Below, piece after piece: positions 61,763 to 64,000 of a stretch of 64,000 nucleotides of DNA (position 1 is its first letter; the number at the start of each line of letters is the position of its first letter). The DNA lies in contig JASGHG010000001.1 of the NCBI GenBank assembly GCA_047602425.1, forward strand, positions 4,064,001 to 4,128,000, in the 5' to 3' direction. Under the pieces are notes generated by a model. That model was not told the DNA's origin and did no database searches. It saw only the letters and a list, made by a program, of their open reading frames with translations. The stretch comes from Nibricoccus sp. (GTDB taxonomy: Bacteria > Verrucomicrobiota > Verrucomicrobiia > Opitutales > Opitutaceae). The translations under genes were made by a program, and so were the position numbers.

Positions 61763-62974
61763 TTAGTGCAGCCGGTCCTTCAGGTAGCGGTCGATTGCTT
61801 CCAGAATTATGGGTTCACGGGCGACTTTATGGCCGCGAGGTTCCTGATCCAGATGGTAGATGAACGGACTTTTCAATTCGCTCAGGCGGCGGCGCAGGAT
61901 GTCCATTTGGTAAAGGGCCTCGGGGGCTTCGGTGCAATTAATGGTGAGAAAGAGCGGAAGAGTGGGATTTTGCAGGTAGTCGAGCGCACCGTGTTGTTTC
62001 CAAACGTCGGCCGACTTTTCCAGCGTGCCCCACGCTTTCTCGTAGCGTGGAATCATGTGGTCTTCGGGCAGCAGATCGAGGTACGTGAAACGGCCGGACA
62101 TGATCACGCCGCCTTGGACGGCGCTGTCGATGGAGAGTTGTTCGCCATGGCCTTCGAATTCCTGCATGCCCGCGGTGGTCACGAGCATGAGAGCCATGCC
62201 GCTGCCGCGGGAGAAGCCCACCGGCACGATCTTTTCGTCCAAGGCAAGGCCGCGGGCGGTGGCGCGAAGCGTGCGCACGGCGGCTTTGATTTTCCAGGCG
62301 CATTCCGGCATGGCGTCGATCCCCTTGTAGGGCGCGGCTACGGGATGATCGGCCATCGCGACGGCAAATCCTTCCGTGGCCTCGCCGTCGAGGATGGTGT
62401 CGTTGCACGCGGAGAGGGAGACGTTGCCCATGCGATCCTTGTTATCGCAGGAAAATTCCAGCACGATACCCGGAGCCTTGGCGGGGTTCGATGGATAGAT
62501 CAAGTCGAGGCAGAGCGTTCGCCCGGCATCGCGGTAGTAAACGATATCGCGCAGCAACCGATGGCCGGAAGGCACGATGTAAACGCGGCTTTGGTCGATG
62601 GCGATTGGTACGGAAAACTTGCCGACACGAATGTCGTCGCGAAGTTTGGCCAGATCGAGATTGAGGGCAGGGAGGCGAGTTTTAGGGTCCCGACCGAAGT
62701 CGATCGCGACCACCTGACAACCCTGTGCGAGCAGGTCACTGACGATGGCGTCGTCGGAATCCGTGCCTGCGCGCGGTGCCGCAAGATTTTGCAGGTAGAG
62801 AACGGTTGGAAGCGCGGAGGCTTCGGTTTTGTCGGCAGGGCGAGCCGGTACGTGCACAGTCAGGGGGAGCTCCTTGCCGGTGATGGCGCTTGTCCAGGTT
62901 GGAAGAGTGGATGCGGCAATGGACGAACCGGATGCGAGAACTAAGAATGAAACGAAAAACGCGCTGCGGCGCAT
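61763..62974 (-). CDS. Exported alpha/beta hydrolase
   Basis: GFSRG nucleophile elbow, LDLIYP, C-terminal GH; signal peptide. Confidence 0.7.
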   Translation of the reverse strand: MRRSAFFVSFLVLASGSSIAASTLPTWTSAITGKELPLTVHVPARPADKTEASALPTVLYLQNLAAPRAGTDSDDAIVSDLLAQGCQVVAIDFGRDPKTRLPALNLDLAKLRDDIRVGKFSVPIAIDQSRVYIVPSGHRLLRDIVYYRDAGRTLCLDLIYPSNPAKAPGIVLEFSCDNKDRMGNVSLSACNDTILDGEATEGFAVAMADHPVAAPYKGIDAMPECAWKIKAAVRTLRATARGLALDEKIVPVGFSRGSGMALMLVTTAGMQEFEGHGEQLSIDSAVQGGVIMSGRFTYLDLLPEDHMIPRYEKAWGTLEKSADVWKQHGALDYLQNPTLPLFLTINCTEAPEALYQMDILRRRLSELKSPFIYHLDQEPRGHKVAREPIILEAIDRYLKDRLH

Positions 62975-63117
62975 GAATGATATCGGTGAACAAGTGTGGC
63001 ACATGCAGGAAATGTGACGCTACGTTCTCCGAGGAGATTTTGGGGTACAAGATGGAAGAATATGGCGCCGGCGATTTTTCGAATGTCGGAACGTTTGCAG
63101 AAAAGCCATGCTGACAG

Positions 63118-63651
63118 TCACCACTGGGAAGAGTTGCGTTTGGGCGACTGAGGCCTCGTGGAAGTTAATCTGCGCAGACGGGCAACGACCGACGCGGCGG
63201 GATCGGCTTTTGCCTGGAGCAGCATCGCGGCGACGGGTTTCCGATACTTCGGATCCTTTTGAAATTCGGATAACACCGAGATTGCCCATGCCCGAATCAT
63301 GGGACGCCGATTGGAAAAACATTCCACGAAGTAGGGATAGACTGCGTCGCGCACCGTGTGAGGACAGCCAGTCCCGGCGAAGAGCTGGCAGAGGTTCAAT
63401 CGCGACGCCCAATGTGTCATTTCCTCGGCGCAAAGCGCGAGGCGTTCGAGATCGGCTTCGCTTAATTTTCCCTCAAGAGCGTGTCGCTTGAGCAACCACA
63501 CCGCCCGCCATGCGATATCAGCATCCAGTTGTCGCATCGCACTAATCGCTCCGGTGACGAAATCTGAATCGTCGTGATGGACAGCGTAAATTCGTTCGAG
63601 CGCGCCGACTTTTAGAGAGTCTTTTGCTAGCAAATCGAGCAGGTTGTTCAT
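63118..63651 (-). CDS. Hypothetical helical (HEAT-like) protein
   Basis: 177-aa ORF with AWRAVWLLK and IRAWAI segments. Confidence 0.6.
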   Translation of the reverse strand: MNNLLDLLAKDSLKVGALERIYAVHHDDSDFVTGAISAMRQLDADIAWRAVWLLKRHALEGKLSEADLERLALCAEEMTHWASRLNLCQLFAGTGCPHTVRDAVYPYFVECFSNRRPMIRAWAISVLSEFQKDPKYRKPVAAMLLQAKADPAASVVARLRRLTSTRPQSPKRNSSQW

Positions 63652-63798
63652 AGCCGTGAGCCTTGGTGCATGACCAAATGGTTGCAGCGTTGTGCTGCGA
63701 CCCTGCTTCTTTCGCGACGGCGGCGCAAGCAATCTCAAATCGGCTAACACGCATCACATGGTGTTTCACGGCGGAACCCGTTATTCTACCGACACCCT

Positions 63799-64000
63799 AT
63801 GCTCCACCAGCTTTCACGCTCCTGTTTCCGTCTCATTGTTCTCATGTCGCTCGTGGTCGTCCGACTGCCGGCACAGACGGCCACGTTGAGCATCGATGTC
63901 ACGCAATCCATCCGCGTTGTCGATGAACGCGTGTTCGGCATCAATGCCACGATGTGGGATGGTCAGGCCGGGAGCGCGCAAACCATCTCGCTGGTTGCAG
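63799..64000 (+). CDS. N-terminal fragment of a secreted glycoside hydrolase (GH51/44/79-like), truncated by the window edge
   Basis: Hand translation MLHQLSRSCFRLIVLMSLVVVRLPAQTATLSIDVTQSIRVVDERVFGINATMWD. Confidence 0.6.
   Translation, partial: MLHQLSRSCFRLIVLMSLVVVRLPAQTATLSIDVTQSIRVVDERVFGINATMWDGQAGSAQTISLVA

Overview
GC-rich bacterial chromosome segment, most likely Verrucomicrobiota (Opitutaceae-like; inferred from gene content and repeat style). It is mostly housekeeping: rpe, lptE-bamD-fabH-plsX-rpmF, uppP, trpD-glmM, argA, aroQ, hldD, proC, folD, fabG-acpP-fabF, dus, lpxI, leuS and a DAHP synthase. It also carries two PilT ATPases, two MCPs with sigma28-like promoters, two GH28 enzymes and a polysaccharide export module (FecR-like, beta-barrel, OPX, Wzc). 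I recognised no rRNA, tRNA, transposase, integrase or cas gene. The most unusual signals are non-coding. (1) A 21-bp palindrome family (TTGTCAT-N7-ATGACAA) occurs in ~80-bp-period clusters at two loci, with a covarying copy in a long hairpin. (2) Several REP-like families are present, one doublet lying in frame inside the dus gene. (3) There is a 6S-RNA-like structured RNA. (4) Possible attC remnants follow two AT-richer orphan genes. (5) Four conserved Gly read as Asp, all at GGTCG, and one frameshift lies at GGCCC, suggesting a GGCC-methylation-linked sequencing error or mutation signature. All family assignments are from motif recognition by eye, not database searches.
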